Positions 13,100 through 25,180 of a stretch of 64,000 nt of DNA are shown here, in pieces. The stretch spans positions 50,222,001 through 50,286,000 of the forward strand of contig NC_087436.1 in NCBI RefSeq assembly GCF_036321535.1, written 5' to 3'. The stretch's first letter is position 1; each line of letters starts with the position of its first letter. The notes below the pieces were generated by a model that was given only the letters and a program-made list of their open reading frames with translations, had not been told where the DNA came from and did no database searches. Origin of the DNA: Camelus dromedarius. Lineage: Eukaryota. The position numbers and the translations under genes were made by a program.

Positions 13100-15050
13100 T
13101 AAAAGTGAGGGGGAAATGGCATGATGATACAGGAAGAACATGAGGAACAGGAAAGGAAATCAAACTGAGAATTACTTTTATCTCCATGTAAAGACGACTT
13201 CTGGCCATCCACATAGAAAGGAATATAACGCTGTCAGGTGGCTGCCTGCTCTGCACAAGGGAACTGTTTGCGGTCTAAGGGTGAGCTATTGCCACCGAGC
13301 ACTGGGCTCTGAATAGTGGAGGGAGCTGCAGAAACCTTGGTGAAAGGAAGGAGACTCAATGTGGAGCACACATTTAATTCTATCCCTGAAATTTTGGCTA
13401 CCTGCTTCACAAGAACAATATTGAACACGTCGTGAGAAGGTGGGAAAGAATGTGCAAGTGTGAGTAATCTGTGCAGGAAAAAGAAATGACATTAGGTATC
13501 ACAGGGAGAAAAGGACCTAAAACAGGAAAATAGATGCTTACAAAGTCATTGAAAGAAACAGAGTCATCGAAGTCAGGCACACTAACTGGACTGCTGGATT
13601 CAGGGCTATAACCGCTGTGCCTGCAGCCTGGAAGTGCTACAATTTCTACCTCTGCTGCTCCAATACAAATGCCACATCCATGAAGTTATTGACTAAACAT
13701 TGGGACATGGAGCTTCACCACCACAAAGTTACCTGTTTGTGAAGACTCTCTTGTCAACCACATCACTATCGGAAGACGGCTTCTACCTCACTTCCTTCTT
13801 CGGAATATCACAGATCTGCATCTCCCTGGAAGGACCAAACTTTCATTCACAATCTTAAGTTCTATGTATTCTGAAAAGTGTAATTTTGTCTTTCTAATTC
13901 TTGTGATAAGAGAAAATACTGAAGGGATTGAGAAGAGATTCCATCTGACAACGGGCAGTATCCAACACAAAAGGCTGATTTATTTAACAAGAGAGTTATT
14001 TGTTCTTTCCATTCTTCTCTGTTATCCTGTTGATAAGCATTCACATTGAACACAATTATTTTTATGCTCTGGGCTTATTCCAAATGGTTTTCCCACACAT
14101 TTCTTTACTAGATGTTGTCGCAAATATTCCCTTCTTTCAATTTTGCACGTTTTGACTTTAAGGTCTGCAACCATGAACCTGGAAGATCCTTATCTGTGTC
14201 CATCTACCTCATGCAAAGTGGACAAGATAATGGTCTTCTTTGTGGGAGAATTTCTCTATAGCATTTCTGACTATCAACATCATACCATGCAGAACCATCT
14301 AAAAATCAGGTTGTAATTTTCTTCACACTAAGTTGTTTTAGAGGTCATTCCATGAGGTCATACATGTTGGTTGAAGAAGCGATGACGTGAATAGGATTAG
14401 GCATGCTGGGACTCTGAGCAAGCACCTCATGCAATATGCAGGGTCCATGCAGGCTCGCTCTGATACATGATCACGCTTCAGGTTTGCCTGACTTTCTGTC
14501 TAGGAGGATGAAGTCATATCCAGTTGATACTGGGTGGTTTTGAGTTGCATAGTTACTACTTGGTGTTTTAAGATAAGATTCAGTCTCTTTCGAAAGTTAT
14601 CATCTAGCCAGGAGTAATTTCTCCAAGAAAAAGTATTATGTTTAAAGTTGCACAAGACTGTTTTCCCAAAAACCTCAAAATCTATAATGTGTCTCCTATC
14701 TCCAAGCAGGGCTTGCCATAGGCTCTTTGCAATGTTACCTATCACAGATACTGCTGTTATATAAAAGCCAAATTACGGACTGCTTAAATCACAGCCTATT
14801 GCAAAAGATGAGCCAAATTCTTAGCTGTAAGATCTGAGCTACATATTAAATGTTCTAGAGAAGCAAATCCAAATATAGCATGTATTGCCCTGGAAATACA
14901 AAAAACAATGGGATTTTTTTTTCCCTGGGGACAAAGGGCAGAAGATGCACTGCTCCTTATCTTGGTGGACACTAGGAGAGACTCTGAGCATAGATTTATG
15001 AAACAGCATTTTGTTTTGAGTGCCAGTTTCAGCCTATTAACTTCCAATGT
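13100..15050 (-). other. Endogenous bornavirus-like L element (EBLL), decayed, C-terminal part of the L polymerase
   Basis: Collinear minus-strand peptides vs BoDV-1 L as recalled: KTKCCFINLCSESLL~CKTCFEKIDSEEFVL; CPPR*GAVHLL~CEPQYRGAEWLI; IAKSLWQALLGDR~VIRSLWRFLIGAR; FDDSVSFNDFV~LEELEFNAYL; NIVLVKQVAKISGIEL~NYSFVMDLIMIRGLDI. Intronless, many stops and frameshifts; boundaries approximate. Confidence 0.72.
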
Positions 15051-15068
15051 TATAGCTATACTGGCCCT

Positions 15069-15547
15069 TGTGGTTCTTATTATGATTTCAAGACATCTTC
15101 AGCAATAGTCATCAGGAAGCTTAAAAAAAAATAAAGAGTTATAAGTCCTGGAAATGGCATGGCACACCTGGGGCCACACAGCAAGGTCACTGAGGGAGGT
15201 GGGAAGAGAGAAAACGGGCCTGGGGTTCTGCTTCTATTGGGGTCGAGGGTAGGGGCCTGGGGTTTCTTGGGCTCACTCTGTATTGGTGAATTTAAAACAT
15301 AAAAGCATGAATTTAAAGAGTGAGAAGGAAGAAAATAGCAGCCCCCAAACGGTCAATTATCCAAATCAACTAAGATCTCTAAAACAAAGGAGGGAGGTGG
15401 TTGGTGAGCGGCCTGGTGCTTTACCTAGTTGTGTGGCTGGCAATGTGTTTATTTAAGATAGCCTTCTTTGAAGTGTATGCCCAGGCAATCAAAGCTTAAG
15501 TCAGGCACTTGTGTTACAAAAAAGAAAAACCAGCTGCAGGGCTTACA
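15069..15547 (-). mobile_element. Solo ERV LTR abutting the 5' side of the EBLL
   Basis: Minus strand begins TGTAAGCCC at 15547 and probably ends ...AAGAACCACA; degenerate polyA signal on minus (~15233-15238); no TSD found. Confidence 0.7.
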
Positions 15548-15707
15548 CTGAAGCACTACACACACAAAGGACAGCAGGCAATCCACTGTTGACAGCACAG
15601 ATTATAAGAATGAATGTTGTGAGACTGACAGAGACCAGTCACAGTGGATCTTGATAACATATTAAGAAATTTGAACTTTATTTGATAGGAGATGGGGTCT
15701 TGAAATT

Positions 15708-16263
15708 TGAGGGTTAATTCCAGCAGGCCTGAACCTATTCTCAGTTCAGTAGAAATTATAAATGTACCTGCGTGGCACTGACTCCCTAGTCAGCAGTTGA
15801 CAAACTGATTAATAGTGTCACTTGGTAGCCATAGGTCTTTGAGGTTTCAGAGTCGTTTGCACCGGATTCTAAACAGTGAGATTTGTGATTTGCTCCTGGT
15901 CTTGGTAAGATCCCTGCATTTTGTATCAAGAATATGCCTATGTGACCAGCAGGGTGTAAGGAACACTGACGGGGACTAAATTTTAGGTCCCCTTATTTTG
16001 AGGAGCTCCATTCACACACTGGTGCTTTCCAGTTCAAGAAGAAAGTGTCACAGGATGGCCCTGACAGAGGACGGACAGCTGGAGCTCACTTTTGGCCTCC
16101 TCAGGTACTCTACTACGAGGCAGCCTTTGGCTGTGATGCATTTACTTATTTTAATGCTGTGACTAACGTGTACCTCTTTCCTACAGTGAACTGGAGCTTT
16201 GTCAGCACTGCCCCTTTGGGTTCTGCAAGTTTTCTTTAGCAATCAGAGCTGTGTAACTGCCAC
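15708..16263. mobile_element. LTR-like element inserted in an L2 remnant
   Basis: TG...CA bounded, GC-richer block flanked by L2-like sequence (15560-15700 and 16270-16640). Confidence 0.5.
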
Positions 16264-17679
16264 ATTAGGATAGGCCATACTGAAAGTATTGATCAATGAA
16301 CAGTATCTTGTTGGATGGAGAAGCCAGCAAGGGAGACCACTCATGTTTCTGGCTTGGATGACTATGGATAGAAGCATCATCGACTCAAACTGGGAACACA
16401 GGAGACAGGGGTTTTCTCTGGAATATAATGTGCACAGATTTGGAATAAGGCTGGGCCTGGGTGTACTTCAAGCTTCTGAATGAAAACATTTGGACAGTTG
16501 GCTATATAAGCCTGAAGGTGAAGTAATAGTTCTTCTTTCAGTTGTAACAATCACTTGCAGAGATTTTTGTGGAGCGAGAGTGATGAGATGAAGACTAATG
16601 ACATTGAAACAGACAGTGGAAACAAATGAGCCTACATCTCCAATCCTTAATACCATTCTTCTAGATTCAGATGTCATCCCACATTCTGGACGTGGTTATG
16701 TTGTTTATGAACATTTTCCGATTGTGCTAGCTCTAGTCCAACTCTTTTTTCTCTCCCTTAAGAAATACACTGGGGAATGAGAATAATAACATGTAACTTG
16801 TGTTTGTTCAAATTTCTACAAAAAGCAGATCTTTTGCAATAATTCATGTTTCAATTATTAGTTGTTAGACATTCTTTACCATCTCCCTTACTAGAAATGT
16901 GTTCGATACTTGAGTTTACCACTATACCTATTTAATCTTTATATCCTAAATATTCTGCATATTTCTCACAAATCTAACAATACTTGGTTCATACAACTAA
17001 CATATGAGGCTAAAATTTTCATTACTTACAGTCAAATAAGTACGTCATCTTTGTGATTTGTATATGGTTATAAAAGTAAACTATCATGGTTTGATCACTT
17101 TTAACCTACAAAAAAATCATCACAAAGGCATTGATCCATCAATTAGATTTTGCAATGTGACTTTTAAAAATAACTGTCTAAATAAAAATTGGCTCCAAGA
17201 TAATAATTAAAATATATTTAAATAAAAATGACAGTACAAATAGATATTTTATTTGCTGACATGAGAGTAGGAATGTAGTAACAGAGTCGTTGGTTGCAAG
17301 GGGCAGAAATCCCAATGATAAATAGCTCAGGAAATAGAAGGCAATTTATTTACTCTAATAGAAATGAAACAAGAAAGACAGTTGGAGCTAGTCCCTGGTC
17401 CTTTGGAACTTGGGTTTAATTACCACTAAGTTATCTCTCTGTCTCTGTCTCTCTCTCTCTTCTTTTCCTCTGTATATAAATTTATTTACCACTGCTGATA
17501 GCATGTCTACTAGTAACTCCCACTCATATTTTCAGCCTTATCAAGAGAGAATAGAGGACATTTTTAGTTCTAATTTTTTTTTTTAATTCTCAGGGAAGGA
17601 CTTAAGACAGTTTGTGTCACGGGCCCACTTTTTGCACCTAGCATTTTTACCAAGAAGTGAGAGAATGTAAGAAAATGGT

Positions 17680-18120
17680 ATAAAAAAGATTGAAATTCTG
17701 CTATCTGCAGCAATGTGAGTGGATCTAGAGGATATTATGCTTAGTAATATAAGTCAGGCAGAGAAAGACAAATACTATATGATGTCATTTATACGTGGAA
17801 TCTAAAAATAATATAAATGAGTGTGTATGCAAAACAGAAACGGACTCATAGATATAAAAAACAAGCTTGTGGTTACGGAAGGGAAGACGGAAGGGAGGAG
17901 GGACAAATTAGGGGTATGAGAATAACAGATACAAACTAATATGTGTGTAAAATAGATAAACAACCCAGATATGCTCTACAGCACAGGGAATTATAGCCAT
18001 TATCTTGTAATAATTCATAATAAAGCATAATCTGTAAAAATACTGAGTCACTATGCTGTGCACCTGAAGCTAATGTAATATTATAATCAACTATACTTCA
18101 ATTTAAAAAAAGGAAAAAAA
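17680..18120 (+). mobile_element. L1 3' fragment within MLT-like sequence
   Basis: gatctagaggatattatgcttagt...gagaaagacaaatact...cagcacagggaattatag...tcaactatacttcaatttaaaaaaa. Confidence 0.9.
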
Positions 18121-19743
18121 CAAAAAATGGCAGCTGATACTGTTACTTCTTTTTATCAAATAACAAGCTTAGAACAAGGTTCCAGGGCTGGTTCAGTAGC
18201 TGAATGACATCATCAAAGGTTCAGGCTTCTTCCAGCATTTTGCTCACCATCCTTAAAACATCAGTAATGTTGGCTTTCAGAAGGTGGTAGCATCTCCAAG
18301 TTACCCGTTCTCACAGAGCTGTGCGAAATTCAGGGAGAACTGACAGCAAAGAAAAAGAGAGCTATTCTCTATTCTCTCTCCCTCCTTCTGTCTCTCTAAT
18401 TGGGAGGCAAATCTTTTCCAGGAGCCTTTTAAGGTAGTTCTTTTTATATCTTATTTCCAAAAATAGGTCACGTAGCCTCTTTTAATTGAAAAAGTATTTG
18501 GGGAGAAAAATCAGCCTCTTTATAAGAGGTGCTCATCTTGGTCTGGGTTCTCCAAAAAGCAGAGCTTGAGACAAAGTGTATGTATTTATTTATTTATAGC
18601 TAATTCCTAGGGAAACAGAAAAACAGGAAAGAGGCAGGGAAGGAGAAACAGCAAATATAAAGATTCATCACAGAGCTGGCCAGTCTGGTATTAAGCACAA
18701 CTGACAGCGCTATCTGTGGAAGTATGTGGGAGGTGAGGGAGAGAGGATGGGAGGAAGATCTGCCCCTGGCTCTCACTTCCCCTGGGTCAAAAATTCACCC
18801 ATAGGCATTCTTCCATCTTTCTTCTGGGTAGCCCTTGCATAAGCACTGAACTGGTCCTGTATAATCTCAGACCACTGTAGCAACAGGCTTGCCCTGGGGG
18901 TGAAGGCCACCGGCCTGCCTCACATGAAGGAGGAGGACCCATTAAGGTGTGTCCAGTGAGTGGTCACCTCCATAGCAGATGGGTAGAGCCCAAACATAGA
19001 TGGTCCCCTTAGAGACAACTGGAGTGAAACAAATCACCAAGCGGCCTTGAGATAAGTGATGTTAAGATGCTCTCAGTGGCACACTGAAGTGTCTGACTGC
19101 CTATAAAGAGGAGAAAGGAAAATGGTTCTAAGTCATTGAACAGAGTCTCTGCATCAAACAAACTGAGGTCTGGAAGAGGTAGTCAATGCCTTGGGGTAAC
19201 TGATAACAGAGAGGCAACTGGAAAACCCAGAGCATTTTACATGTAAGCTAGCATTCTTTTGTCTACATCATACTTGTTTTATTCATATCCATATTTTAAC
19301 ATTAATTTTCATAACATCTTTTTGAATTAAGGAGGAACTAACATGCTTCTGGTTCTGGGGATGATGAGGTAGGTTGAAATGAACTGTTATACAGTTAGGA
19401 ATAGGAATGAGAAAGAGAAGCCTGTCTAGAAGCAAAGATTACTTAAATCCATAATATTGGTAATACTTATTTGCAAATACAATTTATATGAAGGCTGATA
19501 TATTTGAATGTTGATTTTAAGCTTACTCTAAAAAGTTCAGATTTTCATTTTGAAAGGAAGAATCCTATAGGTGAATGCTAAAAACAAATATTTGCTTTGT
19601 AGTACCAGAATCCAATTTTTGACGGGAGTCCATGAACAACTGTATAAACACTACAGTATTTTTGATCAGCATGATACAAAAGAAATCCAACACAAGTTAA
19701 TAAAAACAAACACACAAAGCATTTATTGAGACCTGGTATTTAC

Positions 19744-19941
19744 CTGACACTGGGCTTAGCTCTGAGGAACCAATAACTGTAACACAAGAAACAAGGCAGC
19801 AGTACATCACCTGGGGTTGCGTTATCTCCAGGTAGAATCTGGATGAAGTTGTTACATGCAAGAGATTTTTTTGCTTTGCAATATAGTTTCACATCTTCAG
19901 AGAGTGTGACATAAGGCAAATACAGTAATTCACACTTAAGA
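19744..19941 (-). pseudogene. Candidate exon remnant (LKCELLYLPYVTLSEDVKLYCKAKKSLACNNF...)
   Basis: gtttcttttgtttag acceptor, CAG|gtaaat donor, open frame; Y...EDV...C.NF resembles the GREB1 YNQNRFLCDDVDF...CRFNRF motif. Confidence 0.45.
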
Positions 19942-20559
19942 CTAAACAAAAGAAACTTTTTGAAATTCCATTTACAATACTGATACTTATAATTTTGTAC
20001 TATTCCCAGTGAGTTTACAATGGAAGGATTGGCCAGAAATTTTTAAAAAGCTGAGAAGCCTTCATTTTAATGGAAGTTAGCACTGAGAACTGAGCATAAA
20101 GAAGAGAATAACACTAATACTCATTTTTTGAGACTATTGTGTTAAACCAAAGTTAGAAAATTTTGTTTCTACACTGACGGTCAGTGTGACTTTGGGCATC
20201 TTAGTTTTCCTTTCTAAATTCAGTTTCCTGAGTTAGGAAATAATTAAAATTATATAGATCATCATCTCACAAGACTTTGTAGTAATCAAGTAAAATAACA
20301 AACCTAAAAATAATTTCACACATCTTACAAAGCACAGAAAACATGTGTGGCAAAATTTTTATGGTGATGGTGGTTCTGATTGGTTTATATTAGATAAATA
20401 AATATCCTTTTTAAATAGAAAAGTTTACACAACGTCAAGGTGAGTCGCTATTCCCATCTCAATAAATTGATATTTTAAAGAAACAATGCTACATTCCAGT
20501 AAAATTAGAGAAGGGTGCAATAAATTGAATGGCATTTTATTAATAAAATTCTTGTATAA

Positions 20560-20756
20560 TGATCATAGTGATGTTGACGACCATAATTACAATGCTGAGG
20601 AGGGAAAGAAGGGAAAACATATTTCCAGTGGAGAGTACAGAAAATTATGTGATAAAAATTCATCCTTCTAACAGTTGCCAGTCTGGATATAGAAGAAATG
20701 AGTAGTTCACGCATTTCGAGTACAAAATGAAGCAAAATCCATTTAGCATTCAAAGA
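20560..20756 (-). pseudogene. Candidate exon remnant, GREB1 extreme C-terminus-like
   Basis: RELLISSISRL and frameshifted DWQLL/KDEFLSHN ~ GREB1 RSSLRQTVVRL...DEWQFRLRDEFQTAN. Confidence 0.45.
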
Positions 20757-21510
20757 CTGTGAGTGGGTCTTGAGTGGGTCATAGTGGATATTAGCAAAAA
20801 TAAGCCAGTGTTTATTGTAATTTTAGCTGATTTTCAGTTTAAAACTGTAGTAACTCTGAGTGACCATCCCATTTCTCACCTGCCTGCCCCCATACCTATT
20901 TCTTCTTTTTCTGGGAAAGCTCTTTCTGACAGCATTCCATAGATTTAACAGTACTGATCTAGAGGTAAAAATGTGCTTATGCAACTGCATCTAACTTTCT
21001 TGTTTCACCAAATTTTATCTGTGCTTTGATTTCAGAACAAGGAAGAGACCAATAAGGATAAGCTATTACGATAAAAATATATTTATACAGTTAGGGATTT
21101 GATTACAGCAGTGGAGAAATTGAACTATTGCAAAGGTAACAGTTTTATTTGAAAAACATAGTCCAAATATTTCTGTTTTTAATATAAGCCCCTCAGAGTT
21201 AAAATTAGTCTATGAATAACAGGGTAAAACACATCTGTGTTAAAATTTAATAATTTAATAATAGTCACTTAAAATATAACAATTTTAGCTATATTAGAAT
21301 AATGTATTTTAGAATATTTAATCATGAGATTTATTTTTCAAATTTTGATGTTAAGTAATCTTGGCAAGCAGGACTTTGAAAAGATTATATTCATTATCTC
21401 CTTTCCTTACATGTACTTCACTGTAACTTGCGTGAAATCAGATCTTCAGCTTCTCCCTCTTCTCTTGAGAAGCCAGCCACCTCTGGCTGCCAAGAACTAA
21501 AAACACTTAC

Positions 21511-21900
21511 CAGGGTATTAACGGAAAAATAAGGAGAATGGAGAGAAGGATGAATTATGAGGATTATGATTTCTGATTTAAGGAAACAGACCCAGAGAGT
21601 AGCTAAAATGCTAATAAAATTTGTTTGCATTGACGATATTTCACCTTTTCCTTCAGAGGGTAGATATTATAGACTCATTTTCAGTGCAGAAGGATGCTAG
21701 ACGAGTAACTCTACAGTGCGGTTTGTATCACTCTATATATTGTATGTGCTGCACTTTATGCACCTTTACCAGCATCTTTATTTCCTTGAACATTTGGACT
21801 TCAATGATACTGTTACTGCCACATCCTGGTCAAGAATCTGTTTTCTGTGATTACCAGGTTGCTGAGTTCTTCCAGAGAAAAACTGCTTGACCTCACTAAT
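21511..21900 (-). pseudogene. Candidate exon remnant with in-frame stops
   Basis: Strong CTG|gtaagt donor; EELSNLVITENRFLTRM and SSSILLH...NIYPLKEK weakly resemble DDVDFNLRVHSAGLLLCRF and PAQLLLE...FFPLSLK. Confidence 0.35.
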
Positions 21901-23244
21901 TAAATCATAAACTTGTCTGAGTTCAGGTCCCAGAAGCCTCTTTTACTAGTTGGGCAAATTTTGGTAGATTACTTGAAGAGTAGAAATCTTTTAGGTTGTG
22001 AGGATTAAATGAGGTTTTATGTGCATGGTGTTTGCAGCTATGTCTGGCCCATAATAAATGCTAGACATAAATTATTTAAATTATAGCCTGAACTGAGCTC
22101 GGAGTGTTGCTTAGTTATCATTTTACCTGTTTTCGTTAAGTTTCTTTCCCATACTCAGAAATATCTCTTCAAAACATCTGTGTCATTCTACCCATGCCTC
22201 CGAGGTGTTTACTCTGTTCTCTTCTCAACAGATACTATCTTTATCTTTTCTTAATCCATTAAAAATATAGCCTGAAATGCAGAAATGTCCTGATTTATTT
22301 GTCCCAATAAAGGGAGCCTATGAAACAGCTTATGAGACCTCAGCCCTTCCTCACTGTGTGTGGCGCAGGGCTCGAAGTAGGAAACAGAGATTGATATACC
22401 ACTGATCAAGTGGCTCATATTTGTTTTGCTTCAATGAAATAACAGAGGTCAAAATTATTGAGAACTTATCAACATGCCATGGACTGTTCTGACACTCCGT
22501 ATGAGTTTTATGACTGAATCCTTATAAATACCTTATGAGGCAGGAAGCTTTATGTCCACTTCACAGGTGAGGATTTACTGTATCCAGCCAACATCACAAA
22601 GCTACATTCAAGTCCGGTTTTATTATAATATATTGCCTTTCTATTTCTACACATTGATTATTTATTGCATGAAGATTGTTGTCCCTTCTCAACTTAAGAA
22701 AGATGGGCCAGCCACTAGAGAGCAGGAAGATCATGATAGAAAGGCTGGAGTGGTGCTAAGGCAGGAATGCCAATCACTGATGGCAGTGTGGCATCTGAGT
22801 TTTTCTAATAATACAAATTTCACTTTGATGTGCTGGACTGTGTAAAGCAGCTGCACTGATTTATTTTAATCGTCTGATTAGTCTTTTATTTTCATTTTGT
22901 GCTTATGCCCAGACAAACAATAACATGACTTATAACATGGCTTATGCCCAATAGTAACATGAATTGGAAATCTGTAATACTGGGGAAAAAACCCTATAGC
23001 TTTTAACTTTTTTTTTATTACATTTTTATTTTATATATCCATCTAACCGTTCATCCGTCCAACAAATATGTATTGAACTACTATTATGGGAAAAGCACTA
23101 TTCTAGCCCCTGTAAAATACTTAACACAGCCATTTTTACTTTTTATTTGCAATTCGAAACTTATTTCCAATTGTTAAGTGAAAGACTTTATTACATCATC
23201 TATCTGTCCTTATCTGCTGCTTTGCCATCTAATCTCTGTATTTT

Positions 23245-24540
23245 ATTTACTTTATTAAACATTTTTTATTGAGTTACAGTCATTTTACAATGTTGTGTCA
23301 AATTCCAGTGTAGAGCACAATTTTTCAGTTATACATGAACATATATATATTCATTGTCACAGTTTTTTTTTGCTGTGAGCAACCATAAGATCTTGTATAT
23401 ATTTCCCTGTGCTATACAGTATAATCTTGTCTATCTATTCTACATTTTGAAATCCCAGTCTGTCCCTTCCCACCCCCTGCCCCCTTGGCAACCACAAGTT
23501 TGTATTCTATGTCTATGAGTCTGTTTCTGTTTTGTATATATTTATTTATTTATTTTTTAGATTCCACATATGAGCGATCTCATATGGTATTTTTCTTTCT
23601 CTTTCTGGCTTACTTCACTTACAATGACATTCTCCAGGAATATCCATGTTGCTGCAAATGGCGTTATGTTGTCGGTTTGTATGGCTGAATATTATTCCAT
23701 TGTATAAATATACCACCTCTTCTTTATCCAGTCACCTGTTGATGGACATTTAGGCTGTTTCCATGTCTTGGCTATTGTAAATAGTGCTTCTATGAACATT
23801 GGGGTGCAGGTGTCATTTTGAAGTAGGGTTCCTTCTGGATACTCCTGGGTTCCCAGGAGTGGGATTCCTGGGTCATATGGTAAGTCTATTCCTAGTCTTT
23901 TGAGGAATCTCCATACTGTTTTCCACAATGGCTGCACCAAACTGCATTCCCACCAGCAGTGTAGGAGGGTTCCCTTTTCTCCAGCATTTGTCATTTGTGG
24001 ACTTTTGAATGATGGCCATTCTGACTGGTGTGAGGTGATACCTCATCGTAGTTTTGATTTGCATTTCTCTGATAGTTAGTGATACTGAGAATTTTTTTTA
24101 TGTGCTTATTGATCATTTGTATTTCTTCCTTGGAGATTGCTTGTTTTGATCTTCTGCCCATTTTTGGATTGGGTTGTTTGTTTCTTTCTTACTAAGTCAT
24201 ATGAGCTGCTTATATATTCTGGAGATCAAGCCTTTGTCAGTTTCATCGTTTGCAAAAATTTTCTCCCATTCCGTAGGTTGTCTTTTTGTTTTACTTATGG
24301 TTTCCTTTGCTGTGCAGAAGCTTGTACATTTAATTAGGTCCCATTTGTTTATTCTTGCTTTTATGTCTATTGCTTGGGTAGACTGTCCTAGGAGAACATT
24401 TTTGAGATGTAGGTCACATAATGTTTTGCCTATATTTTCTTCTAGGAGGTTTATTGTATCTTGTCTTATGTTTAAGTCTTTGATCCATTTTGAATTTATT
24501 TCTGTGTATGGTGTAAGGGAGTGTTCTAGCTTCACTGATT
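23245..24540 (-). mobile_element. Young 5'-truncated L1, same subfamily as 6603-7305
   Basis: ORFs 24197-24535, 23873-24064 and 23692-23994 are L1 ORF2 C-terminal pieces; shares the GTQEYPEG diagnostic. Confidence 0.97.
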
Positions 24541-24810
24541 AACTTGTCTTTTAAAAAATGATTAACTAAGGTGGTATATTTACAAACACAGTATTTAATT
24601 TTCTTGCTTCATCCCTGACTGATGTATGTTAGTGCTGTATGGCAACAGATCAGGACCAAAGACTCAAAGCAAAGTAGGAAACAACAGTCCTGGTATTGAA
24701 GAAGCTTAAGAACTGGAATTGCCATAAGCTGGGGATCAAGAAGGTGCCAGCAGTCAGAAACCTCAGGATTAATGGAGGGAACAAATGGAGACAAAAATCA
24801 AGGTCAAGGT

Positions 24811-25180
<370 letters not shown>

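Noticed and set aside
13860..14340. ABCA transporter-like words (TIILST, VGYCP) on the minus strand
   Set aside because: Order and spacing do not fit an ABC domain, no Walker A or signature motif; bornavirus L explains more blocks collinearly
13500..15108. Plus-strand Cys-rich frames suggestive of bornavirus G or M
   Set aside because: Isolated word matches only; they are antisense to the better-supported L homology
15095..15120. PDDY match to BoDV L SDDY
   Set aside because: Probably lies inside the LTR end, so likely coincidental and not counted as evidence
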